The notes beneath the pieces were generated by a model, which was given only the letters and a program-made list of their open reading frames with translations, ran no database searches and was not told the origin of the DNA. This document shows positions 35,901 to 46,628 of a stretch of 64,000 bases of DNA, piece by piece. The position numbers and the translations under genes are program-made. Every line of letters begins with the position of its first letter. The first letter of the stretch is position 1. The DNA comes from Bacteroidales bacterium (GTDB lineage: Bacteria; Bacteroidota; Bacteroidia; Bacteroidales; VadinHA17): NCBI GenBank assembly GCA_032260385.1, contig JAVVEL010000002.1, forward strand, positions 31,776-95,775, read 5' to 3'.

Positions 35901-38351
35901 CTACCTTATTTGTGCACCGGTTTCTTTTTCGAATGCTTCCACCAGTTTCTTCATTACCTTGTCAATTATCTTGTCTGTGAGGGTCCGTTTGTCATCCCGA
36001 AGTATAAAGCTCACCGCATATGATTTCTTATTTTTTCCCAGCGCTTCACTTTCATAAACATCAAAAAGTCCGACCTGTCTGAGAAGGTCCTTTTCGGTTT
36101 TAAAGGCCAGCTTTTTAATATGATCAAAGCTTATTTCTTTATCAACAAGCAAGGCCAGATCCCTCCTGACTGATGGATATTTTGGCAATTCCCTGAAAGA
36201 GATACTGTGTTGCTTCAGTTTTTCAAGGACCGTATCAAATTCTATATGGCCATAGTAAACATCCTGTTTTACTTCCTGCCTGTTCAGATAATGCTTACTG
36301 ATCTTTCCGAAATGAGCAAGCAGTTCGCCTTTGATACTCAGTGCAAGGCCTTCGGTATAATAATCCTGTTCTCTTACTTCAGCGGTAAGTGAATTGCGAT
36401 CAAATCCAAGTTTTTCAAGTATGATCTCAATGACTGATTTGATACTGTAAGTATCAGTTTCCCTCTTATCTGCATTCCAGTTTTCCGGGCTTATCTTTCC
36501 TGAAATAAAAATATCGAGTGATAGTTTTTCGAGGTAATTTTCAACGGTGTTTCCGGACTCCTGTTTCTCCTTAAGAAAGTAGCATATGCCGAATTCATAA
36601 AGTCTCAGGTCAGGATTTTGCCTGTTGATATTTCTTGCTATCGAACTTAGTCCCCCGTACAATAGTGATTGCCTCATGCAATCAAGATCTGAACTGAGGG
36701 GATTGGCCAGCATGACCATTGTATTGTTATTAAAATCAGGGCTTTCAAGGTACCAGGCAGAAGGATTCAGGGAATTGGACATTATCTCTGTAAACCCTGC
36801 ACCTGAGAGTGTATCAGAGATTGTATTAATTACTTTCCCCTTATTTGGCTTATCAAAGAAGCTGATTGTTGAATTCACTTTTTCGGTGAACTCTATATTG
36901 TTATATCCATAAATTCGCAGTATCTCCTCAATAATGTCAGCTTCCCTTGTAACATCAACCCTGTAGTTAGGCACCTTACACTTAAAAGTATCACCACCCT
37001 TATCATCAATTTCTATATCAAGAGAATTGAGTATTTTCTGAATGTCTTTCCTGTTTATTTCCTTCCCGGTAAGCCTGTTAATATTTTTATAGCTCACTTC
37101 TACCGGCGGTTTTTCTATTCGCCTGGGGTAAACGTCAACAATATCCGAGCTTATCTTCCCGCCCGCCATTTCCTTGATAAGCAAGGCTGCTCTTTTAAGG
37201 GCCCAGATTGTTATATCAGGGTCTGATCCTCTTTCAAACCTGAAGGAAGCATCGGTATGAAGATCATGCCTGCGGGCTGTTTTTCTTATTGACACCGGGT
37301 TAAAGCAGGCACTTTCCAGGAAGATATTTACTGTTTTGTCCCTTACCCCGGATCCCTTCCCACCAAAGACCCCTGCAATGCACAAGCCTTTCTCATCATC
37401 GCATATCATCAGGTCCTTTTCTGACAGTTCTCTGTGCTGGTCATCAAGGCTTATGAAACTTGTTTTATCAGGCAGATTTTTTACTGAAATCCGGTTCCCT
37501 GCAATTTTATCAGCATCAAAAGCATGCAGGGGCTGTCCCGATTCGTGCAGTACATAGTTGGTAATATCCACAACATTATTCAGGGGACTGAGCCCGATGG
37601 CTTTAAGCCTGTTTTTTAACCAATCAGGCGATTCCTTTACTTTTATGCCGCTTATGGTAAGACCTGAATACCTTATGCAGTCGGTCTCATTCTCAATAAT
37701 AACAGGTACAGGTCTCAGGTTATTATCGACCCTGAAACTGTCTACTGAAGGCAGTGATATGCGGGATGGTTTGAACAGGTTAAAGTACGCATTCAGGTCG
37801 CGGGCCACTCCGAAATGGGATCCGCTGTCAATCCTGTTTGGCGTGAGCCCTATTTCAAAAATGGTATCATATTCCACGGGGAAAATTTCATGTGCGGATA
37901 TGCCAACAGGGGTGTCCGGTGGCAATACCATAATACCTTCGTGTGAGCTGCCAAGCCCCAGCTCGTCTTCGGCACATATCATTCCTTCCGATATTTCTCC
38001 CCTGATCTTGGATCTTTTCAACTCGAAGGGCATACCCTGGTAATCAAGTACGGTTCCCGGGGTGGCCACGAGCACTTTCTGTCCTGCTTCCACGTTTGGC
38101 GCCCCGCATACTATTCTGAGGTGTTCACCACTGCCGGTATCTACGGTTGTTACAAAAAGTTTATCTGCATTTGGATGCTTGCCGCAGGTTTTTACCTCTC
38201 CTGTAATTACTCCCTTCAGACCTCCTTTTACAGATATCCAGTCCTCCATGGCTTCAACTTCCAATCCTATATTAGTAAGGATCGGGCTTAACTCATCAGC
38301 CTGTTTATCTGTTTTCAGGTAATCACGTATCCAGTTGTATGAAATCTTCAT
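35901..38351 (-). CDS. pheT: Phenylalanine--tRNA ligase beta subunit
   Basis: MKISYNWIRDYL, and 816 aa with tRNA-binding, B3/4 and B5 domain patterns. Confidence 0.9.
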   Translation of the reverse strand: MKISYNWIRDYLKTDKQADELSPILTNIGLEVEAMEDWISVKGGLKGVITGEVKTCGKHPNADKLFVTTVDTGSGEHLRIVCGAPNVEAGQKVLVATPGTVLDYQGMPFELKRSKIRGEISEGMICAEDELGLGSSHEGIMVLPPDTPVGISAHEIFPVEYDTIFEIGLTPNRIDSGSHFGVARDLNAYFNLFKPSRISLPSVDSFRVDNNLRPVPVIIENETDCIRYSGLTISGIKVKESPDWLKNRLKAIGLSPLNNVVDITNYVLHESGQPLHAFDADKIAGNRISVKNLPDKTSFISLDDQHRELSEKDLMICDDEKGLCIAGVFGGKGSGVRDKTVNIFLESACFNPVSIRKTARRHDLHTDASFRFERGSDPDITIWALKRAALLIKEMAGGKISSDIVDVYPRRIEKPPVEVSYKNINRLTGKEINRKDIQKILNSLDIEIDDKGGDTFKCKVPNYRVDVTREADIIEEILRIYGYNNIEFTEKVNSTISFFDKPNKGKVINTISDTLSGAGFTEIMSNSLNPSAWYLESPDFNNNTMVMLANPLSSDLDCMRQSLLYGGLSSIARNINRQNPDLRLYEFGICYFLKEKQESGNTVENYLEKLSLDIFISGKISPENWNADKRETDTYSIKSVIEIILEKLGFDRNSLTAEVREQDYYTEGLALSIKGELLAHFGKISKHYLNRQEVKQDVYYGHIEFDTVLEKLKQHSISFRELPKYPSVRRDLALLVDKEISFDHIKKLAFKTEKDLLRQVGLFDVYESEALGKNKKSYAVSFILRDDKRTLTDKIIDKVMKKLVEAFEKETGAQIR

Positions 38352-38521
38352 GGGTATAAAAAATAAACAGTATTAAAACACCATTTCTCCGGCTCTGGCA
38401 AAAGTAAGGATTTTTAAAAAAGTATCGAGACGAAAAATTACTTTATTTAACTTATTGTATTTAGCTATCTTTGTATAATTCTTTGTGTTTCTAATATATT
38501 TTGTGAAAAAAGCTTTATGAT

Positions 38522-39307
38522 ATGAAGGTTGAGAAAGACGATAGGCTGATACTGCTTACTAATGATGACGGACTTTATGCTGAAGGACTTAATACTCTGA
38601 CGGAGCTGATGCAGGAATTCGGGAAGGTGGTCGTTATATCAACTATTGATAGCCGTTCAGGAATGTCACAGGCTCTTACGGTGAAAATGCCTATCAGGGT
38701 AAAACTGCTGAATGAGACCGAGACTAAAAGGGTATATGCATGCAGTGGCACACCCACTGACGGGGTGAAAATTGCCGTTAACCAGTTGCTGGAAAGAAAA
38801 CCCGAGTGGGTTGTGTCGGGTATAAACCATGGCTCAAACGCTTCGGTAAGCGTAATTTATTCAGGAACAATGGCAGCTGCTATTGAAGGTTGTTTGTATG
38901 GAATTGATTCAGTTGGTTTCTCGCTTAATGACTACTCGTCAAATGCTGATTTTAAAGCTTCAAGGAAGTATGTCAGGGAGGTCATGAATATGCTGAGCAA
39001 TAACAAACTGCCTCAGGGGATCTGCCTTAACGTGAATATCCCTTCATGTAAAGACAGCGAAATAAAGGGAATCAAAGTATGCAGGCAGGCAAGGGGTAAC
39101 TGGCGTGAGGAATTTGAAAAGCGTAAGGATCCGATGGGTAAGACATATTACTGGTTAACAGGGATATTCCAGAATCATGAACCTGAATCTATCGATACCG
39201 ATGAGTGGGCGCTGGAGAACAATTATGTTTCCGTCGTACCGGTTTCAATTGATATGACTGCCCACGGTTTTATTGATGACCTGAGAAAGCAGTTCAAGAA
39301 TGAATGA
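38522..39307 (+). CDS. surE: 5'/3'-nucleotidase SurE
   Basis: ILLTNDDGLYAEGL...GINHGSN...YSGTMAAA. Confidence 0.9.
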   Translation: MKVEKDDRLILLTNDDGLYAEGLNTLTELMQEFGKVVVISTIDSRSGMSQALTVKMPIRVKLLNETETKRVYACSGTPTDGVKIAVNQLLERKPEWVVSGINHGSNASVSVIYSGTMAAAIEGCLYGIDSVGFSLNDYSSNADFKASRKYVREVMNMLSNNKLPQGICLNVNIPSCKDSEIKGIKVCRQARGNWREEFEKRKDPMGKTYYWLTGIFQNHEPESIDTDEWALENNYVSVVPVSIDMTAHGFIDDLRKQFKNE

Positions 39308-39596
39308 ATCACCTATGAGTAACCGCTTTATTACCGGCTTCCTGGCAGGCTTGTTTTTACCGGTCATAGTGTATTTTATCGTCTATCTTTTTGTCGGTGA
39401 CGGTTTGTCCCTGGGCGAACATATTGAAAGGATCATCAGAAGTAAGGTGCTAACTCACTATATCAGTCTTTGCGTTTTATCCAACCTGGTAATATTCCTG
39501 GCCTTTAACCGTTTTGATAAACTGAGGAGCTCAAAAGGAGTTGTGGGAGTTACTCTCCTGTGGGCATTGACAGTGCTTGTGTTAAAACTGTTCTGA
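39300..39596 (+). CDS. Small three-TM membrane protein
   Basis: Hydrophobic segments only. It overlaps the surE stop by 8 nt. Confidence 0.4.
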   Translation: MNESPMSNRFITGFLAGLFLPVIVYFIVYLFVGDGLSLGEHIERIIRSKVLTHYISLCVLSNLVIFLAFNRFDKLRSSKGVVGVTLLWALTVLVLKLF

Positions 39597-39640
39597 GAAA
39601 TAAATATGTTAAAAATCTATTCATCCTGAAATAAACAGTA

Positions 39641-40777
39641 GTGAAATATTTTATTATTGCAGGTGAAGCAAGCGGCGATTTGCACGGGTCAAACCTTATT
39701 GCCGGGCTCGTTAAAACTGACCCCGAAGCAGAAATACGTTGCTGGGGTGGGGATAAAATGGAAAAAGCAGGCGGAGTCCTCCTGGTTCATTACAGGGAGC
39801 TCGCGGTGATGGGTATCTGGGAAGTGCTGATAAAACTTGGGAAAATATTCAAAAACCTCAGAATATGCAAGCAGCAGATACTTGAGTTTAATCCCGACCT
39901 GGTCATACTTATTGATTACCCGGGATTTAATCTCAGAATAGCTGAATATCTGAAAAATTCTAATATCAATGTTTATTATTATATAAGCCCTAAAGTATGG
40001 GCATGGAAGAAATCAAGGATAAAAAAGATTAAGTGTTATATAAACAGGATGTATGTTATCTTCCCTTTCGAACCTGAATTTTTTGAAAAATACAATTACA
40101 GGGTCCATTATTTTGGGAATCCCCTCGTCGATTCAGTAGAAAAGGGAATAAATGAAGCTGCCGGAAGGTCTCAGTTCCTGGATCGTTACGGACTCGATGA
40201 GAAGCCTTTTATATCACTTCTTGCCGGCAGCAGGAAACAGGAGATCAGGAAAATACTCCCTGTAATGGCAGGGATCGAAAAATATTATCCTGATTATCAG
40301 ATACTGGTTGCCGGGATCAGTAGCGTCGACCCCGGGGTGTATGAACATATCCTTAATGAAACAGGCATTAAAGTGATATATGACGATACATACAGCGTGC
40401 TTGTAAATTCTGATGCGGCACTCGTAACTTCAGGTACAGCAACCCTTGAAACGGCCGTCGCCGGTATACCACAGGTAGTATGTTACAAAACGAGCCGACT
40501 GTCATATGCTGTTGCCAGGATGCTTGTCAGGATAAGGTTTATTTCACTTGTCAACATAATAATGGATAAGGAGATAGTAAAAGAACTTATTCAGAAGGAC
40601 CTCAATGAAAGACGGCTGGTTTCGGAGCTGAATGTAATTCTGCCCGGTGGCTGGAAAAGAGAGCAAATGATTACTAATTATACGATTTTGAAAAAGAAAC
40701 TATCCGGCAAAGGCGCCTCCGAACGCATAGCAAAAGATATGTACCACTCTCTTAAACTGGTTGATAATGTTAACTAG
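39641..40777 (+). CDS. lpxB: Lipid-A-disaccharide synthase
   Basis: MKYFIIAGEASGDLHGSNL with a GTG start. Confidence 0.9.
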   Translation: MKYFIIAGEASGDLHGSNLIAGLVKTDPEAEIRCWGGDKMEKAGGVLLVHYRELAVMGIWEVLIKLGKIFKNLRICKQQILEFNPDLVILIDYPGFNLRIAEYLKNSNINVYYYISPKVWAWKKSRIKKIKCYINRMYVIFPFEPEFFEKYNYRVHYFGNPLVDSVEKGINEAAGRSQFLDRYGLDEKPFISLLAGSRKQEIRKILPVMAGIEKYYPDYQILVAGISSVDPGVYEHILNETGIKVIYDDTYSVLVNSDAALVTSGTATLETAVAGIPQVVCYKTSRLSYAVARMLVRIRFISLVNIIMDKEIVKELIQKDLNERRLVSELNVILPGGWKREQMITNYTILKKKLSGKGASERIAKDMYHSLKLVDNVN

Positions 40778-41933
40778 TTTTAGAAGCTGCATTTTAGTTT
40801 TTTTGACGCTCTCAGCATTTACAGTCAATTCCCTGGCGGGCGATATCAGAATCGGGCTGCTGAGCCTTGACCGGCCTTTTTCATTGACCATTAATATTTC
40901 CGGGGGAGAATATAAAATGCTGGCCGGCGGTAACTGCGTCAACCTAAAAAAATATGATAACATCCTCATTGTCAGAGCTGGAAATCAGGTGCTGGCCACT
41001 ACTGCTTCAGGCAATACCCTGGTGGCTGATTCCATAAGCCTGATAGCAGGCGGTTCTGAATCATATTGTTCAGTCAGGAATAATCTCAGGGAAGGAAGCC
41101 CCGGTAAATATTACGGCCATCTTACAGTTATGTCAGACATAGGAGCATTGCTGGCTGTTAATACAGTAGACGTTGAACATTACCTTGCAGGTGTTGTGCA
41201 GGCAGAGGCGGGATTCAAGGGCAATCCGGAATATTTTAAAACACAGGCAATGCTTGCCAGGACCTACCTTTACATGAATATTGACAGGCATATGCGTGAT
41301 GGATATAACCTTTGTGATAAGATACACTGCCAGGCCTATCACGGAAGGTCAGAGGTGGAGGTGATTCACGAGGCTGTAAAGGCAACGAGTGGCCGGGTGC
41401 TGGCCAATGCTGACAGCTTTCTTGTTTTTGCACCTTTTCATTCAAATTGCGGTGGTCAGACCCAATCGTCGGAAAATGTGTGGCTCGCTGCCATGCAACA
41501 CCTGTCAGGCGTGATTGACCCATATTGCGGTTTTTCAAGGAATGCACACTGGAAAAAGGAAATAAGCGTGGCAGAATGGATAGCCTACCTGGGTGAACAT
41601 GGTTACCGCCACCAGGATACTAATGACCTGGTTTTTAAGCAATGGAGCAGGAAGCGTGACTATATCGCAGCAGACTTTTCATTTCCCCTGATAAAGATTA
41701 GGGAAGATTGGGAATTGAGGTCAACTTTTTTTTCATTAAGTCTTGATAATGATAGTGTTATTATTGATGGCAGGGGCTATGGCCATGGGGTGGGACTGTG
41801 CCAGGAAGGTACCATGGTAATGTCGGAACGGGGATTTAAAATGGAGGAGATCATTGGTTTTTATTTCCGGGGACTAAAAATACTTGATATAAAGGATGTC
41901 AAACCCTCAGTTGAGATAAGTACGGCATTTTAA
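40761..41933 (+). CDS. SpoIID/LytB-domain protein
   Basis: VEHYLAGVVQAEAG...QAMLARTY...CDKIHCQAY...HSNCGGQT...GHGVGLCQ. Confidence 0.75.
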   Translation: MIMLTSFRSCILVFLTLSAFTVNSLAGDIRIGLLSLDRPFSLTINISGGEYKMLAGGNCVNLKKYDNILIVRAGNQVLATTASGNTLVADSISLIAGGSESYCSVRNNLREGSPGKYYGHLTVMSDIGALLAVNTVDVEHYLAGVVQAEAGFKGNPEYFKTQAMLARTYLYMNIDRHMRDGYNLCDKIHCQAYHGRSEVEVIHEAVKATSGRVLANADSFLVFAPFHSNCGGQTQSSENVWLAAMQHLSGVIDPYCGFSRNAHWKKEISVAEWIAYLGEHGYRHQDTNDLVFKQWSRKRDYIAADFSFPLIKIREDWELRSTFFSLSLDNDSVIIDGRGYGHGVGLCQEGTMVMSERGFKMEEIIGFYFRGLKILDIKDVKPSVEISTAF

Positions 41934-41956
41934 GTACATTTGTATTCAAATTTCGA

Positions 41957-44392
41957 ATGATGCTTGCTATATACAGGAGAGAAATAAGCAGCTTTTTTAC
42001 AGGTATGACAGGCTATATCGTAATCTTTGTCTACCTGCTCATAAACAGTACATTTATGTGGATCCTGCCTGGTGAATGGAATGTGCTGGACAGCGGCTAT
42101 GCCAGCCTTGAACCACTGTTTATTATAAGTCCCTGGGTCTTCCTCTTCCTTGTACCGGCCGTTACCATGCGCATGGTGGCCGAGGAAAAGCGCAGCGGTA
42201 CCATGGAACTGCTCCTGTCAAGACCTGTAAGGGAAGGACACATAATATATGGCAAATACCTGGCATCTGTTACACTTGTGCTCCTGGCTCTTCTTCCCTG
42301 CATTGTCTATTATATATCAGTAAGTATACTCGGAGATCCCCCTGCTAATATTGACAGGGGCGGTACACTCGGGGCAAGCCTCGGTCTCTTTTTTCTTGCC
42401 TCCGTATATGCTGCCATAGGGATCTTCTCCACCACGCTTAGTTCAAACCAGGTGGTGGCATTTATAATAGCTGTTATCACCGGTTTCATCCTTTTTGCCG
42501 GCTTCGATTCATTTGCCCTCCTCCCGGGGCTGAAAAAACTTGATGAATTTATAATAGGACTGGGAATAAATGAGCACTATAAATCAGTAAGCAGGGGAGT
42601 AATCGATTTAAGAGATATTGTCTACTTCGTGGTGAGTGTGCTGATTTTCACCGAGGCGTCCAGGCTGGTTCTGTCGGCACGCAGATGGAAACACGGAAGG
42701 TCAAATCCATTCCATAAGAGACCTGCCGGTAAAATCAGCAGCTATGCCATGATGATAGTCATACTGCTACTGATGGCCATCTTTTCATCCTTTATTTCAT
42801 TCAGAATAGACCTTACCTCGGATAAGAGGCACACCCTGTCTGATCAAACAAAAGAAATACTGTCCGGCCTCGAAGATGATATATTCTTCCAGGTTTATCT
42901 GGACGGGGAAATGCCCATAGCTTTCAAGAAGCTAAGGAGATCAGTAAGGGCGATGCTTGATGAGTTCAGGATGTACTCAGGGAGAAAAGTTGATTACCAG
43001 TTTATTAATCCGTCAGGAGCAGATCAGGAGGAGGAAAGAAACAGGCAGCAAATATCACTGATAAATAAAGGCCTGATGCCCGTGACAGTGTTTGACAATG
43101 ATGAGGAAGGTGGCAGATCAGAAAAACGAATATTCCCGGGGATAATATTGAATTATAACTCGGTGGAGCTGCCAATAAACTTCCTTAAAAATAATCCTTC
43201 CATGCCTGCTGAAGTAAATCTGTCAAATTCAGTTGAAGGACTTGAATATGAGTTGATACAACCGATAGCAACCCTCATTTCGGGAAAAATAAATAAGGTG
43301 GCCTTTATTGAAGGTCACGGTGAGCTTGATGAGATGGAAGTTGCAGATATAACCCTGGAGATGGCAAAGTACTTTACCGTTGACAGGGGCTCAATAAATG
43401 GCCAGCCGGGCATACTCGACGACTATGCCGCAATAATCATCGCCGGGCCCACTCAGGAATTCAGTGAAGAGGATAAGCTTGTAATCGACCAGTATATTAT
43501 GAACGGAGGCAAGGTCCTGTGGCTTATTGATGAGGTTATGGTAAGTGCCGACAGCCTTGCACTGGGAGGAACTGTTGCATTGTACAGGCCCTTGAATATT
43601 GAAGACCAGTTGTTTAAATATGGCATACGGATTAACCCGGTTCTGATACAATCTACCGACTGTCTTATTATACCCGTCAGCTCAACCATCAGGGATTCCC
43701 GGCAGATAATTCCCGTACCCTGGATCTACTATCCCTTGTTGCAAACCAATGCTAACAGCTCATTGACAAGAAATATTAACAGGCTTAAATCAGAGTTTGT
43801 CAATTCTGTGGATACAGTAGGACAGAACCCGGAAGTTAATAAAGTTATACTCCTTGCCAGCTCAAGAAAAAGCAGAACAGTTAATCCTCCCCTGTTTATT
43901 AAGCTGGATGACTATAAGAATCCTCCCCCCGAAGAGGTTTTTACAGACTCATACATACCGGTTGCGGTGCTGCTTGAAGGTCGTTTTAATTCACTGTATG
44001 CAAACAGGCTTACTTCATTTGGGGGCGGGGGTCTGAAAAAGGAAAGTACAGATTCAAAAATGATAGTTGTTGCTGACGGCGATATAATAAAAAATGAGGT
44101 AAGCATGGTTGGTAACATGATTACTCCGCAGAGCCTGGGCGTGGACAGGTATTCCGGGCAGACTTTCGGCAATAAAGACTTTATTATTAATTGCCTGAAC
44201 TACCTGGTAGACGATAAAGAATTGATAAGCCTGCGATCAAGGGAGTTTAAAATTAGACTGCTTAACAGGGATAAGATTAAAGAAAACAGGATTTTCTGGC
44301 AACTGGTCAATACCCTGGGACCTGTATTGCTTTTGTTTATTGCCGGAACGGGCTTTATGATTATCAGGAAAAAGAAATACGTTCAGTATTAA
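41957..44392 (+). CDS. Fused gliding-motility ABC-2 permease (GldF-like) and GldG-like protein
   Basis: Aa 1-240 are a GldF-type permease (MRMVAEEKRSGTMELLLSRP). Aa ~260-811 are GldG-like (RIDLTSDKRHTLSDQTKEIL...) with a terminal TM segment. The frame is continuous, with no stop between the halves. Confidence 0.7.
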   Translation: MMLAIYRREISSFFTGMTGYIVIFVYLLINSTFMWILPGEWNVLDSGYASLEPLFIISPWVFLFLVPAVTMRMVAEEKRSGTMELLLSRPVREGHIIYGKYLASVTLVLLALLPCIVYYISVSILGDPPANIDRGGTLGASLGLFFLASVYAAIGIFSTTLSSNQVVAFIIAVITGFILFAGFDSFALLPGLKKLDEFIIGLGINEHYKSVSRGVIDLRDIVYFVVSVLIFTEASRLVLSARRWKHGRSNPFHKRPAGKISSYAMMIVILLLMAIFSSFISFRIDLTSDKRHTLSDQTKEILSGLEDDIFFQVYLDGEMPIAFKKLRRSVRAMLDEFRMYSGRKVDYQFINPSGADQEEERNRQQISLINKGLMPVTVFDNDEEGGRSEKRIFPGIILNYNSVELPINFLKNNPSMPAEVNLSNSVEGLEYELIQPIATLISGKINKVAFIEGHGELDEMEVADITLEMAKYFTVDRGSINGQPGILDDYAAIIIAGPTQEFSEEDKLVIDQYIMNGGKVLWLIDEVMVSADSLALGGTVALYRPLNIEDQLFKYGIRINPVLIQSTDCLIIPVSSTIRDSRQIIPVPWIYYPLLQTNANSSLTRNINRLKSEFVNSVDTVGQNPEVNKVILLASSRKSRTVNPPLFIKLDDYKNPPPEEVFTDSYIPVAVLLEGRFNSLYANRLTSFGGGGLKKESTDSKMIVVADGDIIKNEVSMVGNMITPQSLGVDRYSGQTFGNKDFIINCLNYLVDDKELISLRSREFKIRLLNRDKIKENRIFWQLVNTLGPVLLLFIAGTGFMIIRKKKYVQY

Positions 44393-44393
44393 A

Positions 44394-45353
44394 ATGAAAT
44401 GGGTAGCAGGAGTAATATTGATTATAGTACTCATTATTGCACTCTTTTTAATTGGGAGACATGTTCCTTTCGGTGCAGGCAATTCCGTTTTCAACCTTGA
44501 GAATGCGGAAGGGGTAACAAGTATATCCATTGTCTCGGATAATTCATCAGTTAACCTGGAACGAAGGACTGACAAATGGTATGTTAACGGAAAAGAACCG
44601 GCCAGGCAGGCGGCAGTTGAATCATTACTGAAAATTATAAGGGATATAAGAATTAAGTCACCCGTTTCATCTGATGTGTTTAATGATATCCTAAGGGATG
44701 GAGATACGCAACGTACAGATATTAAGATATATGATGACAGAAGAATTGTTCAGTCCTTCCATATTTACAGTAATCCATCATATGAGGTCCCCTGTATTAT
44801 GAGAAAAAGGGATGATGCAAAACCTTTCTTTGTTCATGTGCCGGCTTATGATCTTGATCCGGGGACTTTTTTTATTGCTGACCAAAGGTTCTGGATGCCC
44901 AACACGCTGTTCAGTACAAGTCCGGGCATGATCAAAGAAATACACTTTGAATATTTTGAAACACCTGATTCATCCTTCAGTATCAGCATAAACGGAAGTC
45001 AGGTCTCGTTCAGGAGTGAAATATACGTGAATGAAACTATTGATACCACAGCTGTCGGGAGGTACCTGTCATACTTTACATATGTGCCATTTGAAAGCAG
45101 GGTCCTGGATATGACCCGGGCAGCCATGGATTCAATCAGGCAGGACCCGCCATACTTTAAGCTGGAGCTCATAGGCAGGGGAGCTGATACAACTAGCCTG
45201 TTGACATGGACGAGGATATTTAAGGGTGGGAGTAAGAATCTAAAAGATACCGACAGGCTTTGGGGCAGCATCAACGGAGAGGATTTGTTAATATTTAGAT
45301 ACTATGACCTGGATCCTCTTATCAAAGGACCGTCCTATTTTATTTCGGACTGA
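44394..45353 (+). CDS. DUF4340-like protein following GldG
   Basis: An N-terminal TM anchor, and a position and size typical of the gene found after gldG. Confidence 0.45.
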   Translation: MKWVAGVILIIVLIIALFLIGRHVPFGAGNSVFNLENAEGVTSISIVSDNSSVNLERRTDKWYVNGKEPARQAAVESLLKIIRDIRIKSPVSSDVFNDILRDGDTQRTDIKIYDDRRIVQSFHIYSNPSYEVPCIMRKRDDAKPFFVHVPAYDLDPGTFFIADQRFWMPNTLFSTSPGMIKEIHFEYFETPDSSFSISINGSQVSFRSEIYVNETIDTTAVGRYLSYFTYVPFESRVLDMTRAAMDSIRQDPPYFKLELIGRGADTTSLLTWTRIFKGGSKNLKDTDRLWGSINGEDLLIFRYYDLDPLIKGPSYFISD

Positions 45354-45489
45354 TTTTTATTTGAGGATAAAACTTTTTTTACTAATATTGATAAACTGTA
45401 ATTAATATAAAACATGCCTTTGATTCAGGCATTTAACTCATTCGATTACTGTTAAAGGGATAATTGGTAAAACTAAATAAACATAAAAC

Positions 45490-46620
45490 ATGAAATTCGT
45501 CGTATCAAGTACTGAGCTTCTGGGCCATCTTCAGGGTATAAGTAAGGTAATAAGTTCAAAAAACACACTTCCCATACTTGATAATTTCCTCTTTAAACTT
45601 GAGGGAGATAACCTTGAGATAACGGCTTCTGATCTTGAGTCAACGCTCATAACCAAAATGAGTCTTCAGAACACCGAGGGTGACGGGAGTATTGCTATCC
45701 CGGCAAGAATTCTCCTTGATACACTGAAGGAGTTTTCTGAACAGCCGCTTACTTTTGAGATCAACATGGATACCATGGCCATAGTGATTAGCTCTGAAAA
45801 GGGTAAATTCAGTATAGTGGGCCAGAACGGAGTTGACTTTCCTGTGCTGCCTGTCATTAAAGGAGATAAGAAGGTTTCCTTTGATCTTGATGCTGAATTA
45901 TTGCTCTCGGGTATCAATAAGACTCTGTTTGCCACGGCTGATGACGAGTTAAGGCCGGTGATGGGTGGTATTTTTATTGAAGCCGGAGCCGACAAGATTA
46001 CATTTGTGGCCTCTGATGCACATAAGCTGGTGAGGTACCAGCGCAGCGACGCAAAATCCGAAGAGAATGCATCATTTATCCTGCCCAAGAAGCCGGCCTC
46101 ATTACTGAAGAACATACTGCCCAGGGAAGAAGGTGTGGTGTCACTTGAACTGGATGATAAAAATGCTTTTTTCACCCTTTCGGAATATAAAGTGGTTTGC
46201 AGGCTTGTTGAAGGTAATTATCCTAATTACAATTCTGTAATACCCACCAATAATCCTAGGAAGATCACCATTGACAGGGTGGAATTGTTAAATACCCTTA
46301 AGAGAGTATCCGTATTTTCAAACCAGGCCAGTAACCTTGTAAAACTTGAATTTACAGGCAACCAGATAAGGGTATCTGCCCAGGATATAGATTTTTCCAT
46401 TTCTGCTTATGAGAGACTCAATTGTCAATATGAAGGGGATGATATGGAGATTGGCTTTAAATCAGTCTTCCTCCTGGAAATACTTTCCAATATTGAATCT
46501 TCTGATGTGGTGATTGAACTGGCCGATCCAACCAGGGCCGGTTTATTTCTGCCTTCGGAAACAGATAATGAGGCTGAGGATGTCCTGATGCTCCTTATGC
46601 CTATGATGATCAATGCCTGA
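45490..46620 (+). CDS. dnaN: DNA polymerase III beta sliding clamp
   Basis: MKFVVSSTELLGHLQGISKVISSKNTLPILDNFLF, 376 aa. Confidence 0.9.
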   Translation: MKFVVSSTELLGHLQGISKVISSKNTLPILDNFLFKLEGDNLEITASDLESTLITKMSLQNTEGDGSIAIPARILLDTLKEFSEQPLTFEINMDTMAIVISSEKGKFSIVGQNGVDFPVLPVIKGDKKVSFDLDAELLLSGINKTLFATADDELRPVMGGIFIEAGADKITFVASDAHKLVRYQRSDAKSEENASFILPKKPASLLKNILPREEGVVSLELDDKNAFFTLSEYKVVCRLVEGNYPNYNSVIPTNNPRKITIDRVELLNTLKRVSVFSNQASNLVKLEFTGNQIRVSAQDIDFSISAYERLNCQYEGDDMEIGFKSVFLLEILSNIESSDVVIELADPTRAGLFLPSETDNEAEDVLMLLMPMMINA

Positions 46621-46628
46621 CTAAGCGG

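Noticed and set aside
45354-45489. DnaA-box-like 9-mers (TTATCCTCA, TTATCCCT...) upstream of dnaN, which could indicate oriC.
   Set aside because: There are only two imperfect boxes, no dnaA gene next to dnaN, no AT-rich unwinding repeats, and no visible strand-bias switch in gene orientation. This is insufficient for an origin call.
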